Part shown: positions 28,154 through 37,994 of the stretch, piece by piece
How the letters are laid out: every line of letters begins with the position of its first letter
Numbering within the stretch: position 1 is the stretch's first letter
Assembly: GCA_958295855.1 (NCBI GenBank)
Contig: OY282383.1
Coordinates: 252,481 to 316,480 of the forward strand
Length of the DNA stretch: 64,000 nt
Direction of reading: 5' to 3'
Source: an uncultured Poribacteria bacterium
GTDB lineage: Bacteria; Poribacteria; WGA-4E; WGA-3G
Notes under the pieces: generated by a model
What the model was told of the DNA's origin: nothing
Databases searched by the model: none
Seen by the model: the letters and a program-made list of their open reading frames with translations, nothing else
Program-made: the position numbers and the translations under genes

Positions 28154-28459
28154 ATGGGGGTTAAAGAACGGAGAGCACGCGAAAAAGAACAGTTACGGCA
28201 GCAAATTCTTTCTGCGGCACGAGAACTTTTTGTCACTGAGGGGTATGAGCACGTCTCTATGCGAAAGAGTGCCGACAAGATAGAATACTCACCCACAACC
28301 ATCTACCTTTAGATGTTGAAATCACCGGTCAGGTGCTGTGGGCCGCTGTTCATGGTGTGACGTTGCTTCTGATTGATTTCCCTGATTTTCCGTGGCGTGA
28401 GAAAGACACCTTGATAGACATGGTTCTTCAGACGACAATTGAGGGTTTGAAGGGATAGA
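28154..28459 (+). pseudogene. TetR-family regulator pseudogene (in-frame TAG plus internal deletion)
   Basis: N-terminal HTH MGVKERRAREKEQLRQQILSAARELFVTEGYEHVSMRKSADKIEYSPTTIYL, then TAG at 28310-28312. The same frame continues with the TetR C-terminal-like ...VLWAAVHGVTLLLIDFPDFPW.... Only ~100 aa in total. Confidence 0.5.
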
Positions 28460-28564
28460 TTTGAAAGGATTTGGCGAAGGGCACCTGTTTTTTTTGCCTA
28501 TAAGTTAACACCGTTGATTTATTTATCTATGTTCATGTATGTAACATCCGAAAGGAGAATAAAA

Positions 28565-30271
28565 ATGAAAAAGCGAACCCCCTGCTACAAACGCTCTGTT
28601 TCCGCAAAACAAATCCTAAGCGGAAGATGCTTCCATGCCACTTTTGTTATACTAGTTTTTGGGGTATACCTATCGGGCTGCTCAGGGCTGTTCGCCGAAT
28701 CAGTCGATGCGGTGAAACCTGATGCAGCGGCATTCACTTTCGAGCGGTACGACATCGCCACTGGCACCGCGAAACGCCAGACGGTTTTGACAGGATTTCT
28801 TCTCGGCGGCCCTGTCGCGGAGCTTGCTGTAGTGCACATCGACGAGAACGCCAAGCGCTGCTTGCGCCTCTACGCGTTCGGCGAGGGTACCTGGGTGCCG
28901 ACACTCGATGCCACGCTACGTCCCGAAGTGTTGTTCGTCGACGTGGCCAACATCGGTGGCCGTGACCGGTTAATCACATACGCGCGCGGCCACTTGCGCT
29001 GGTTCGATCCCGATTCTGCGATGGAACGCGTGCTTGTGGGGGTTACTTCCAACTTCGAGCCGCCTCGCGGCGGCGACCTCCCGCATGTAGACATCACTCG
29101 GGACGTGAACGGCGATGCCCGCGATGACCTGGTAGTGCCGGATGTTGATGGTTTCTGGGTGTTCGTTCAGATGGGCGATGGCACGTTTGCTGAGAAAGTG
29201 GAGGTGGGTGCCGCTACCAATATGGAGCGGCTCCGCGGTGCCGATGGATATAGATACGCGCCCTGGTCTCAGAGCCGTATCCACGAGATCGACTACAATC
29301 GAGATAATCGCACCGACTTAGTGTTCTGGAACGGTGACCACTTCGCTGTTCATCTCCAGGACGAGCATGGGCTATTTGCCTCGGTGGCCACAACCTTCAC
29401 GACTGATGTGGCATTCGACTCCGACCGGCTCTCCTTACTTGCCACCGGTGACATGACAGGGAGGGTGCTGCACTCGTTGGCCGACATGAACGGCGACGGT
29501 GTCGCCGACTTGGTGGTTTTCGAGCTTGCGGGCAAGGACATCTCCCGCAAGCACTCCAACTACGAGGTGCATTTCGGCGCGCCAACACCCGATGGCGGCA
29601 CCGTGTTCGCACCGGGCATTGACATCGCGTTCCAGTCGGACGAGAGAATCCAGCTCGGGATGGCCCGGCACGACTTCGATCGCGATGGCCAGGTCGACGT
29701 GCTGATCACAACCATCGATCTCAAGTTCCTCGCGGGCAGCCCCTGGAAGAGTATCAAGGGGTTCATGGGTGATGATATCTGGCTGGGGCTCGAGTGCTAC
29801 CAAATGGAAGAAGGCCGCTACCCCGGCACACCCAATACCACCCGCAGAATCGCGTTGGATGGAGTGCCCAGCCATCGCGAGCCGGGGTGGGTGCCACTGG
29901 ACATCGTGCTTCGAGGCGGGACGCACGAGAGCCGGAACACTCAAAAGAGCCACCCGCGCGCGTTCAACACGACTTTGCTCATCGGGGATGTGACCGGCGA
30001 CGGCCGCTCAGACCTGCTCATCGGGGACCACCCTCGCATCATGGCCGTCTTCGCCGGCGTGCCGGGGCCGGACATGTTCGCCCGGCGGCCTCAGGAGGTG
30101 CCGGTCGCCTTTCCCAACGACGAGGAATACACATGGCTGGTGGACCTCAACAAGGACGGGGTGCAGGATGTCCTCATGCATCACCCATTCACGCTACGAG
30201 ATGCCCACGGGGCCCCGAGAATGCCCCCGGGAACCGAGCCGCATCGGGTGACGCTGCTCATCGCCCGATAA
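28565..30271 (+). CDS. secreted FG-GAP (integrin-alpha-like) repeat protein
   Basis: Signal peptide. Repeated DxNGDGxxDLVV-type Ca-binding loops (DVNGDARDDLVV, DYNRDNRTDLVF, DMNGDGVADLVV, DFDRDGQVDVLI, DVTGDGRSDLLI, DLNKDGVQDVLM). Noticeably higher GC than the surrounding DNA. Confidence 0.65.
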   Translation: MKKRTPCYKRSVSAKQILSGRCFHATFVILVFGVYLSGCSGLFAESVDAVKPDAAAFTFERYDIATGTAKRQTVLTGFLLGGPVAELAVVHIDENAKRCLRLYAFGEGTWVPTLDATLRPEVLFVDVANIGGRDRLITYARGHLRWFDPDSAMERVLVGVTSNFEPPRGGDLPHVDITRDVNGDARDDLVVPDVDGFWVFVQMGDGTFAEKVEVGAATNMERLRGADGYRYAPWSQSRIHEIDYNRDNRTDLVFWNGDHFAVHLQDEHGLFASVATTFTTDVAFDSDRLSLLATGDMTGRVLHSLADMNGDGVADLVVFELAGKDISRKHSNYEVHFGAPTPDGGTVFAPGIDIAFQSDERIQLGMARHDFDRDGQVDVLITTIDLKFLAGSPWKSIKGFMGDDIWLGLECYQMEEGRYPGTPNTTRRIALDGVPSHREPGWVPLDIVLRGGTHESRNTQKSHPRAFNTTLLIGDVTGDGRSDLLIGDHPRIMAVFAGVPGPDMFARRPQEVPVAFPNDEEYTWLVDLNKDGVQDVLMHHPFTLRDAHGAPRMPPGTEPHRVTLLIAR

Positions 30272-30396
30272 GCAAAAGTGAAATGCTCTTGTGGGAGGGA
30301 AACCTTGTAAGCCCGATGTTGATTCGCTCTGGATTCCAACATTGTCCTGTCCTCATGGGAGAACTGAATGCCTCTGACTCACTTTTAGCAAACTTT

Positions 30397-30426
30397 TGAC
30401 AAAAAGTCTCAAAACATGCTATTATG
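30397..30426 (+). promoter_or_regulatory. sigma70-like promoter (ttgaca-18-tattat)
   Basis: ttgacaaaaagtctcaaaacatgctattat, upstream of the 30474 CDS. Confidence 0.4.
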
Positions 30427-30473
30427 CATGTATGCATAAATAGCATCAAAACAATTCGCTAAAGGAATAACTG

Positions 30474-31904
30474 ATGAAAAAAGTGAATCCATCTAACTTA
30501 GCGCAAGACTCAAACAACCTTCCCGCAGCAATGGGGGGAACACCTGTTTTTGAAAAAACAACAGAAAAACCTTTTCCTAAATTAGAACAGTGGCACCAAA
30601 TGACTGAAGCGGAGGCACAAGTCGTTTATGAGATGACACTGAGGAACGAACTCTCCGGCGCGTCACCCACTGTTCAGGCATTTGAGCGAATATGGCGTGA
30701 ACGCCATCAGACCCAATTCGCAATGAGCCTTGTCAACGGAACCGCGGCGATACATAGCGCAATGTTCGGGCTCGGGGTCGGCCCGGGGGATGAGGTTATC
30801 TGCCCGACGTACACGTGGATGGGTTCAATTACGCCAGCATTAATGTTGATGGCAAAACCGGTCTTTTGTGAAGTCGATGCGAGGACATTGCTGATTGATG
30901 TGGCTGACGTTCGGCGACGCATAACCGGGCGAACGAAAGCAATTGTAGCGGTGCATCTGTGGGGAAACGTGTGTGATATGGATGCCCTGATGGCACTCAG
31001 CGAGGAAACAGGAGTGCCTGTCATAGAAGATTGCTCTCATGCACACGGTGCCGCTTACAAAGGCAAGCCGTGCGGCAGCATCGGCCATGCAGGCGCGTGG
31101 AGCTTGCAAGGGAGCAAACCGGTGAGTGGGGGCGAAGGGGGAATGCTCGCAACGAACGACGTGACGGTTTTCGAGCGCGCCTGCCTCCTCGGTCAGGTCA
31201 ATCGTTTGCCCGGTAGTGTAGGAGAATCCGGGCTCGATGCTTCGGCCCTGCGCTACAAACATCTCCCGCCGATGGGGCTCGGTGTTAAATTTCGGGCGCA
31301 TCCGTTGGCTATTGGCATTGCCTCAGTGCAGCTGAATAAACGAGATGAACTGAATGCAAACCGCCGCGCTTATATCCAAGAAATATCAGATGGATTGGCA
31401 GATATTCCGGGAGTGCGTCCTGTCGAAAAGTACGAAGGTGCTGAGCCGGCGGGCTTCTTTGGATTTCCTATCCACTACCACGCGGAAGAGATGCATAGGC
31501 TTCCTGCCCCGGCGTTCGCCGATGCCCTCCGCAAAGAGGGTGTCTTGGCGAATAACAACCCTTATCCACTCATAGTCGGTGACGGCGTGCCTGTGTTCTC
31601 AGGGAGCATGTCGACGAACAGCAACCCCTATCCGCTTCTTCATACCCTACCGCTCTTTGCACACGGGCTTGATATCTACACGAACGGACGAGGGGCACTC
31701 TGTACCGCTGACATGGGCGGGGATTATGAAGGGTACGCCGCAGGCGACCTGCCTGTCACTGAAAAAGCGTGTTCGCAATTGATATTTCTGCCGCTGTTAA
31801 CTAAACCTGTTGCAGGCGCAGCCTCGCGGATACTGACAGCGATTCGCAAAATCTCCAATTACGCCGAACTGTTAGTCGAGACTATAGAAAATGGAAAGCC
31901 ATAG
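30474..31904 (+). CDS. DegT/DnrJ/EryC1/StrS-family PLP-dependent aminotransferase
   Basis: ...GTAAIHSAMFGLGVGPGDEVICPTYTW..., AVHLWGNVCDMDAL, IEDCSHAHGA and SLQGSKPVSGGEGG (PLP-lysine region). Confidence 0.75.
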   Translation: MKKVNPSNLAQDSNNLPAAMGGTPVFEKTTEKPFPKLEQWHQMTEAEAQVVYEMTLRNELSGASPTVQAFERIWRERHQTQFAMSLVNGTAAIHSAMFGLGVGPGDEVICPTYTWMGSITPALMLMAKPVFCEVDARTLLIDVADVRRRITGRTKAIVAVHLWGNVCDMDALMALSEETGVPVIEDCSHAHGAAYKGKPCGSIGHAGAWSLQGSKPVSGGEGGMLATNDVTVFERACLLGQVNRLPGSVGESGLDASALRYKHLPPMGLGVKFRAHPLAIGIASVQLNKRDELNANRRAYIQEISDGLADIPGVRPVEKYEGAEPAGFFGFPIHYHAEEMHRLPAPAFADALRKEGVLANNNPYPLIVGDGVPVFSGSMSTNSNPYPLLHTLPLFAHGLDIYTNGRGALCTADMGGDYEGYAAGDLPVTEKACSQLIFLPLLTKPVAGAASRILTAIRKISNYAELLVETIENGKP

Positions 31905-32057
31905 AAATCGCTAACAAATTTTTAACTGAGAAAGAAGGGCAGGCACAAGGCCTGCCTCTACAGAAATAGGAAAACCCATCTCGCCAGAGATTTCGGATGC
32001 GGGGGATGGGCAGGCACAAGGCACTGCCCCTACTATAGAAAATGGAAAAATAGGAAA

Positions 32058-33845
32058 ATGCCGATAGAATTTTCAGCGCAAACTCGCATCCAGAATATTA
32101 AAATCTTAAAGACGAACCCGTTGGATGTTTTAGTCATCGGGGGAGGCATCGTCGGAGCAGGCTTAATTCGTGACCTCGCGCAAAATGGGGGCATCAAAGC
32201 CGGCTTAATTGAGCAAGGCGACTTCGCAAATGGTACGAGCAGCGCCACATCGCAGCTTATCCATGGTGGGTTTCGCTACCTGCTTAAACGCGACATAGAC
32301 CTCGTAAAACAGGCACGCAAGGAACGCGAGATTCTCCTACGCATCGCGCCCAACCTTGTCAAACCGATACCCCTGGCGGTGCTCCGCTACAAAGGTGACC
32401 CGTACCCGCTCGCGGGGATTCAGGTTGCCGCGCATTACTACAATCATCTCTCTCAAACAGATAAGGCTGAGAAATCAAGAGCAATTCGCAATGTGCAAAA
32501 GATACAACAACTCGTCGGTTCTATCGCGACAGATACCCTAAAAGGATGTGTTGTCTTCTGGGATAGTACCGTTGATGACGCGAGGTTGACCCTCGCGACA
32601 CTCAAGGATGCACATCAGCACGGGGCTGTTGTTACAAACTACGTCCGTTTTCTCGATTTTGTTGGACAGCCTGATAAATCAAACCCAATGTACAGGATAG
32701 CCGCTGAAGATGCGATTTCTGGACAACGTTTTGAAATTGCAGCACGAAAAATTGTTTCAACAACGGGGCCCTGGACCGACCGGCTGTGGCGCAAAGACCC
32801 GAGTTACGATGGCGTGCCACGATTGCGGACCGAAAAGGCGAAAGGCATCCACCTCCTCGTACCGCGCTGTGGAGCAGGCGGCGACTCAGTTCCATACGGT
32901 GTCGTAACCTTTACACAGACAGAAAGGTCGCACAACGGAAAACCTCGTGTTATTTTCATTTTGCCCGGCGACCACGATACCTCTATCGTTGGCACCACCG
33001 AAACTACCCCAGAGGGCGAGCCGGGCGCAGTGCGTCCCTCCGAAAGTGAGGTGTTGTATCTGCTTTCAGAAACACAGCGAATTTTCCCAGAGACGACGCT
33101 TGACCGAGGTGCTATTATCGCCGCTTATGCCGGCACCCGGCCCCTCATTGCCCGCAATCAACACCGGTGCACACCTGCACGTCCCGACTTTGCCTCAAGG
33201 GAGCACTTAATTACTGAGAGCCCAAGCGGCGTGATGTATATCTACGGGGGAAAACTGACGACACACCGGCAAATGGCAGAGGAAACCGTGAACTACCTTG
33301 CAGAATCGCTAAGCGTACCGCGCGACTGTAAAACCGCCATTTATCCGCTGCCAAATGCCACAGGAGCAGCACCAAACGGATATGGGGCCCACCCGTCCGG
33401 TTCCCTCCCGCCCGGTTCCTTACAACACTCAACGAGTGCAGTTGGAAACAGTACCTACAAGAAAACAGGACATGGACATCAGACGAACCTGCTGGCGGGG
33501 GACACGGAACGTCTCATCCAGCGGTATGGTAAGGGATACCAGGTGATTCAACAGTTCATCGGCCAGGATGCAACGCTTGCGGAATCCATAAGCCCCTCTC
33601 TCCCGTTCATCAAAGCGGAACTGCTTTACGCCCAGTGGGGCGAAATGGCGATGACGCTGGATGACCTGCTGTGGCGGCGCACCCGAATCGGGTGGACGCA
33701 AGGACAAGGCATCGAGATAGCACCGCAAATCGCGCAATTTCTTGGAGAACGAAACAACTGGAGTCAAGCGAAAATCACAGCAGAGGTTGAGGCGTACCGA
33801 CAACGGATTCGCTGGTTAAATTGTAATTTCCGGCAGGCACTGTAG
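32058..33845 (+). CDS. glpD: FAD-dependent glycerol-3-phosphate dehydrogenase with in-frame repeat insertion
   Basis: DVLVIGGGIVGAGLIRDLAQ...SSATSQLIHGGFRYL is the N-terminal FAD-binding signature. Segment 33345-33500 (..NGYGAHPSGSLPPGSLQHSTSAVGNSTYKKTGHGHQ..) matches the ggcccacccgnccggttcc repeat family. Confidence 0.75.
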   Translation: MPIEFSAQTRIQNIKILKTNPLDVLVIGGGIVGAGLIRDLAQNGGIKAGLIEQGDFANGTSSATSQLIHGGFRYLLKRDIDLVKQARKEREILLRIAPNLVKPIPLAVLRYKGDPYPLAGIQVAAHYYNHLSQTDKAEKSRAIRNVQKIQQLVGSIATDTLKGCVVFWDSTVDDARLTLATLKDAHQHGAVVTNYVRFLDFVGQPDKSNPMYRIAAEDAISGQRFEIAARKIVSTTGPWTDRLWRKDPSYDGVPRLRTEKAKGIHLLVPRCGAGGDSVPYGVVTFTQTERSHNGKPRVIFILPGDHDTSIVGTTETTPEGEPGAVRPSESEVLYLLSETQRIFPETTLDRGAIIAAYAGTRPLIARNQHRCTPARPDFASREHLITESPSGVMYIYGGKLTTHRQMAEETVNYLAESLSVPRDCKTAIYPLPNATGAAPNGYGAHPSGSLPPGSLQHSTSAVGNSTYKKTGHGHQTNLLAGDTERLIQRYGKGYQVIQQFIGQDATLAESISPSLPFIKAELLYAQWGEMAMTLDDLLWRRTRIGWTQGQGIEIAPQIAQFLGERNNWSQAKITAEVEAYRQRIRWLNCNFRQAL

Positions 33846-33875
33846 CATCGCTCCTACAAACCACTTTTTTGTCAT

Positions 33876-34035
33876 TCCTTGCGGAGAATTCAAGTGGCAA
33901 GGTAGGTGTGACAATACACTGTAGATGTCGTCGGAGGTTTTTGACGCAAGGTTTACATAAGGCACCTCTGACGACATCTGTAAGAGTTTTCGAACTACAC
34001 AGACAAGCATGGTACTCTGCAAGGTATGTTAAAAA
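33876..34035. repeat. MITE copy with inverted termini gtcattccttgcggag ... ctctgcaaggtatgttaaaaa
   Basis: Same architecture at 61760-61922, 60420-60640 and 35035-35110. Confidence 0.8.
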
Positions 34036-35028
34036 ATGGAAGTTTACCGCTGGGAAGACCGAAAATTCGGGAAACTACAACCCTTACGCTTTGGCACAGA
34101 ACGCGACTTTGAGGATCTGCTTGAGCAGGATGCAACGCTAGTCCTGGGAGAGCCCATCTGTGTTATCAGCCGACAGCCACCGCTGAGCACTTCAAAACAG
34201 AAGATTGACCTGCTGGCATTAGACCGGCAGGGCAATACTGTTATTATTGAGCTCAAACGGGGAAAACCCTCTCGTACAGCTATCACGCAGATATTAGAAT
34301 ACGCCGCAGGCGTTGCCCAACTTGCTTTCATAGAATTGGAGAAGCTCGCTTACCGTTGGGCCCAACAACAAGGAAACCAGGAATTTTCGTCGCTCACTGC
34401 ACTGCACAGTGAATTCTTTGGATATGAACCAGGCGATATCCCAAAATCGGCATTCAATCGGAAACAGCGGTTGGTACTTATCTCTGAGGGCGTAGATACG
34501 CGCGTACTAGAAGTTGCGGAATACCTGCGAAGCTTAGGGCTTGACCTCACCTACATCTCCTACTTTTCATACCATGCACCGGATGAAATTCTGGTGGCGA
34601 CTGAAACCGTTTTAGGCGGAACGCTTGTCAAGGAAGAAAAACGGAGTTACAGCGGAACCGCCCAGCAATTTATGACGCTTGAGTTGTTTATGGAGACGCT
34701 AAAGGCAAACGAAGCACTCCTACAAATTGCTCATGAATTTCTGGATTACGTTGATACGTGCGGCGCAACGCTCAGGCCCCGCATCGCCAAACTCCGCATG
34801 ACTATCGGAGGCCGCTGGTGGCTCGACTCATATCCGTCAAGGAGGGCTAGCCATTTCCGTATTGATGTCCACGGTGACTTTACACCGCTTCAGGTTGTGG
34901 AGTGCAGAGCGAATTTACCCAACGTGACAGTCAAGAATTTTGGCATGTCTTTTAACATCGCTTCCAAAGCGCATCTCGACTACGCGATTGAGATTTTTGA
35001 ACGCGTGCGGAACTCCATTCTATCCTAA
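34036..35028 (+). CDS. PD-(D/E)xK nuclease-fold protein (restriction-endonuclease-like; hypothetical)
   Basis: IDLLALDRQGNTVIIELKRG matches the D...E-x-K nuclease core. The gene is exactly bracketed by two MITE copies. Confidence 0.4.
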   Translation: MEVYRWEDRKFGKLQPLRFGTERDFEDLLEQDATLVLGEPICVISRQPPLSTSKQKIDLLALDRQGNTVIIELKRGKPSRTAITQILEYAAGVAQLAFIELEKLAYRWAQQQGNQEFSSLTALHSEFFGYEPGDIPKSAFNRKQRLVLISEGVDTRVLEVAEYLRSLGLDLTYISYFSYHAPDEILVATETVLGGTLVKEEKRSYSGTAQQFMTLELFMETLKANEALLQIAHEFLDYVDTCGATLRPRIAKLRMTIGGRWWLDSYPSRRASHFRIDVHGDFTPLQVVECRANLPNVTVKNFGMSFNIASKAHLDYAIEIFERVRNSILS

Positions 35029-35034
35029 CCTTTT

Positions 35035-35345
35035 TGTCATTCCTTGCGGAGCAATCAGGTTGCGTGATAGTTCTGACAATGCACTGTAGATCTCGTCGGA
35101 GGTTTCTGATCTTTTGTTATTGCCTAGTTCTGGGGGTTTCGGCTGTAGTTGTAGGGCGCTCTCTGCTAATTAAGGGTAGGCACAAGGCACTGCGGAAGGG
35201 CAGGCACAAGGCACTGCCCCTACTATTACAAGACTTGCATCAAAAACCTCTGACGAGATCTACGGAGTATTGTCAGACGTGTCTTGCCAATGGTATTTGC
35301 CCCTGCTTTGCAGGGGTTTCATACCCATGCTGATTACTCCGCAAG
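35035..35345. repeat. composite MITE block (TIR, family A/D modules, gcccctgctttgcagggg hairpin, TIR)
   Basis: Seen in sequence. Provides the spurious N-terminal extension MPMVFAPALQGFHTHADYSARKDKN to the next ORF. Confidence 0.8.
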
Positions 35346-35358
35346 GAAAGACAAAAAT

Positions 35359-36534
35359 ATGAACTGGCTTCGTTTTGGACATCCGGAATTCCTCTATTTT
35401 CTATGCGCGATCCCGCCGGTAATTCTGCTGATTCTCTTTGGATTACGGCAGAAACGGAAGGCAATCCTACGATTCCACACCCAGGCGAATCCTACGCATT
35501 TCCGAAACCACACGGTTCAAGCCGGGTTGCTGATGCTGAGCTATGTTCTCGTGACACTTGCAATCGCGCGCCCACAATTCGGCGCAAAACCGGAACCCGT
35601 TGCTGAAAGGTTGGAGGTTATGCTGGCACTTGACATTTCAACCAGTATGCTCGCAACAGATATTAAACCGAATCGGCTACACCACGCGAAAAGTGTTATC
35701 TTCTCACTGCTAGCGCGACTGGAGGGAAATCGTATCGGCTTGCTCCATTTTGCTGAAGCCAGTTTCGTGGTGTGTCCCCTGACAACGGATACCTCTATGC
35801 TCAAGGAATTTTTAGACGCAGTAGAGGCTGAGACGCTCACCCACAGCGGTACTCGTATTGGCAACGCTATTGAGATAGCAAACGCTCGTCTCGATTCAGA
35901 AAAACAGACAGATGCTGCGTCAAACCATCAGGCAGCAACACAGGTTTCCGCTTTGAGCGGCCAGAAGGCACTAATTCTTTTTACTGATGGCGAGGACCAC
36001 GGAGAAGAAGCGGTTGAGGCAGCAAAAGCTGCACATCGGGAGGGTGTGTATATCTATTGCATCGGGGTCGGCACCCCTGAGCAACCGGTTCCTATTCCGC
36101 TTGCGGGCCCGCCCGCCCTTTCCTTGGGGAGTGAAGACAATAAAGGAAAAGACTCCCCGGGGCTTTTCGGATATAAGCGCGATGTCAGCGGGCAACTCGT
36201 GCTAACGGCATTGGATGAAGCACTCCTGCGCGATATTGCCAAAGCGGGAGGTGGTACCTATTATCATGCAAGTACAGATATGGCGCGGTTAACAGCCGAT
36301 TTAGCACGACTGCAGCGTCAAAAATTCAGGGTAAGTTCAAAGGGGGAATATCAAGAACGCTTTCAATTGCTTGTAGGGATTGCCTTAATTCTCCTCGTAT
36401 GTGAATTGCTGTTTTCGTCAATTGGGTTTCTGCTCCGATTTTTCCGTTGCTTGCTTTTTCCCCAAGGAACCGGGCGGGAGGGAAGCAAAGCGGGGAAGAA
36501 GCTGCTCAAAATCGGGTTTCGTAATGAGTTGTAG
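35359..36534 (+). CDS. von Willebrand factor A domain membrane protein (BatA-like)
   Basis: N-terminal TM. MLALDISTSM with a MIDAS-like DxSxS. ILFTDGEDHG. C-terminal TM. The last ~35 codons run into a family E repeat. Confidence 0.65.
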   Translation: MNWLRFGHPEFLYFLCAIPPVILLILFGLRQKRKAILRFHTQANPTHFRNHTVQAGLLMLSYVLVTLAIARPQFGAKPEPVAERLEVMLALDISTSMLATDIKPNRLHHAKSVIFSLLARLEGNRIGLLHFAEASFVVCPLTTDTSMLKEFLDAVEAETLTHSGTRIGNAIEIANARLDSEKQTDAASNHQAATQVSALSGQKALILFTDGEDHGEEAVEAAKAAHREGVYIYCIGVGTPEQPVPIPLAGPPALSLGSEDNKGKDSPGLFGYKRDVSGQLVLTALDEALLRDIAKAGGGTYYHASTDMARLTADLARLQRQKFRVSSKGEYQERFQLLVGIALILLVCELLFSSIGFLLRFFRCLLFPQGTGREGSKAGKKLLKIGFRNEL

Positions 36535-36680
36535 AGTCCTCTCTGCTAATTAAGGGTAGGCACAAGGAAACCCTACCCCTACAGATACAAGACTTGCATC
36601 AGAAACCTCCGACGAGAGCTACAAGCAACTTCAAACTACAGCGAGAAGCACCAGTGCTAGGCAATGACGAAAAACATGCA
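36415..36680. repeat. repeat block (family E partial, family D, family A)
   Basis: ttgggtttctgctccgatttttccg...ggaaccgggcgggagggaagcaaagcgggg...caaaatcgggtttcgtaatgagttgtagag... Confidence 0.75.
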
Positions 36681-36682
36681 AC

Positions 36683-37678
36683 TCAGGCTTTCTTGAGTGT
36701 CATCCCTCCTGGACGGAAACGCATTAAAAGGATGAGGATTACCCCAAAGATTAGGTAGCGTGCACCGCCAAATTGGTAGGGAAGAATCAAACGTAGGATT
36801 TCACCCAAAGATGCGAGAACCGCACCACCTATAAGGGCACCCTTAATGCTCCCCATCCCTCCAAGCACCACCATGCAGAGAATGAGGATAGATTCCCAGA
36901 ATTCAAATGCCTCCGCGCTGAGATTTACCTGAAGTTGTGCAAAAAAAGCACCCCCAAGTGCACCAATAGCTGCACTGACAGCAAAGGCAAGTGACTTATA
37001 GCGACTCACATTGATGCCCATGCTCTCCGCCGCTTGTTCATCCTCCCGGATAGCAACCCATGCTCTCCCGACACGAGAATGCTGCAACCGGTAAGTGACA
37101 AAAACAACGAAAAACAGCAAGACGAGAATATGATAATAGTGGTGCCAATTTTGATAGAGCTCTACTCCGAAGATTGTCGGCGGGGGAATGTTTTTGACAA
37201 ACCCGTTGATATCCCCAATCAGCCACTCTTCATTTTTGACGATACGGAAAAGCAGTTCCCCAAACCCAAACGTGACAATTGCGAAATAGTCACCGGCGAG
37301 GCGCAAAGTAGGAACCCCGCGCAACAACCCCCACATCGCACCATTTAGCACAGCGAGCGGGAGAACCATCCAGTAACTAAACCCAAGCCGCACCATCAAT
37401 AGCCCTGCAGTATAGCCCCCCACAAGATAAAAGCCAACATAGCCGAGGTCTAACAAACCTGTGAACCCACAGACAACATTCAACCCCACCGCGAGTAGCA
37501 TATAGAGTATTGCCTGAACAACAATCCGCAGGAGATAATCCCCACTGGGGAGCTGCAGGAAAATACCATAGTTTGCCGACATGTAATAGGTGAAGGCATC
37601 TACGAGGAACAACAGAGTTGGAAGGAAACAAACAAGCAAACAGAGAACTATGTTTTTTAGTGTGAATTTATCTCGCAT
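36683..37678 (-). CDS. livM: branched-chain amino acid ABC transporter permease
   Basis: Polytopic permease typical of LivM. Confidence 0.8.
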   Translation of the reverse strand: MRDKFTLKNIVLCLLVCFLPTLLFLVDAFTYYMSANYGIFLQLPSGDYLLRIVVQAILYMLLAVGLNVVCGFTGLLDLGYVGFYLVGGYTAGLLMVRLGFSYWMVLPLAVLNGAMWGLLRGVPTLRLAGDYFAIVTFGFGELLFRIVKNEEWLIGDINGFVKNIPPPTIFGVELYQNWHHYYHILVLLFFVVFVTYRLQHSRVGRAWVAIREDEQAAESMGINVSRYKSLAFAVSAAIGALGGAFFAQLQVNLSAEAFEFWESILILCMVVLGGMGSIKGALIGGAVLASLGEILRLILPYQFGGARYLIFGVILILLMRFRPGGMTLKKA

Positions 37679-37994
37679 GTTTTCGTCATTCCTTGCGGAG
37701 AATTGAGATGGCGCTACGCGTCTGACAATACTCGGTAGCTCTCGTCAGAGGTTTTTGATGCAAGTCTTGTAGAGGTAGTACCTTTGTCAAAATGGGGCCC
37801 ACCCGCCCGGTTCCATATTAGTTCTAGGGCTTTTCTTACCTCTTAAGGCATGGGGTAGGAGCGATCTCCGAATCGCGACACCTTCCCGCCCTTTCCTTTA
37901 AAAAGGTTGCATCAAAAACCTCGGACGAGAGCTACAGTGCATTCTTAGACCCCCCCTTGCATTCTGATTACTCAGCAAGGAATGACAAAAGAGG
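37679..37994. repeat. MITE/repeat block between livM and livH
   Basis: TIR ttttcgtcattccttgcggagaattgagatggc, ctctcgtcagaggtttttgatgcaag, ggcccacccgcccggttcc, ...ctcggacgagagctacagtgcatt..., ctcagcaaggaatgacaaaag. Confidence 0.75.

Noticed and set aside
29435-30399. ORFs 29435-29953 (-) and 29794-30399 (+), 172 and 201 aa
   Set aside because: Overlap the FG-GAP gene in alternative frames. Arg/Pro/Ala-rich low-complexity translations are typical of high-GC shadow ORFs.
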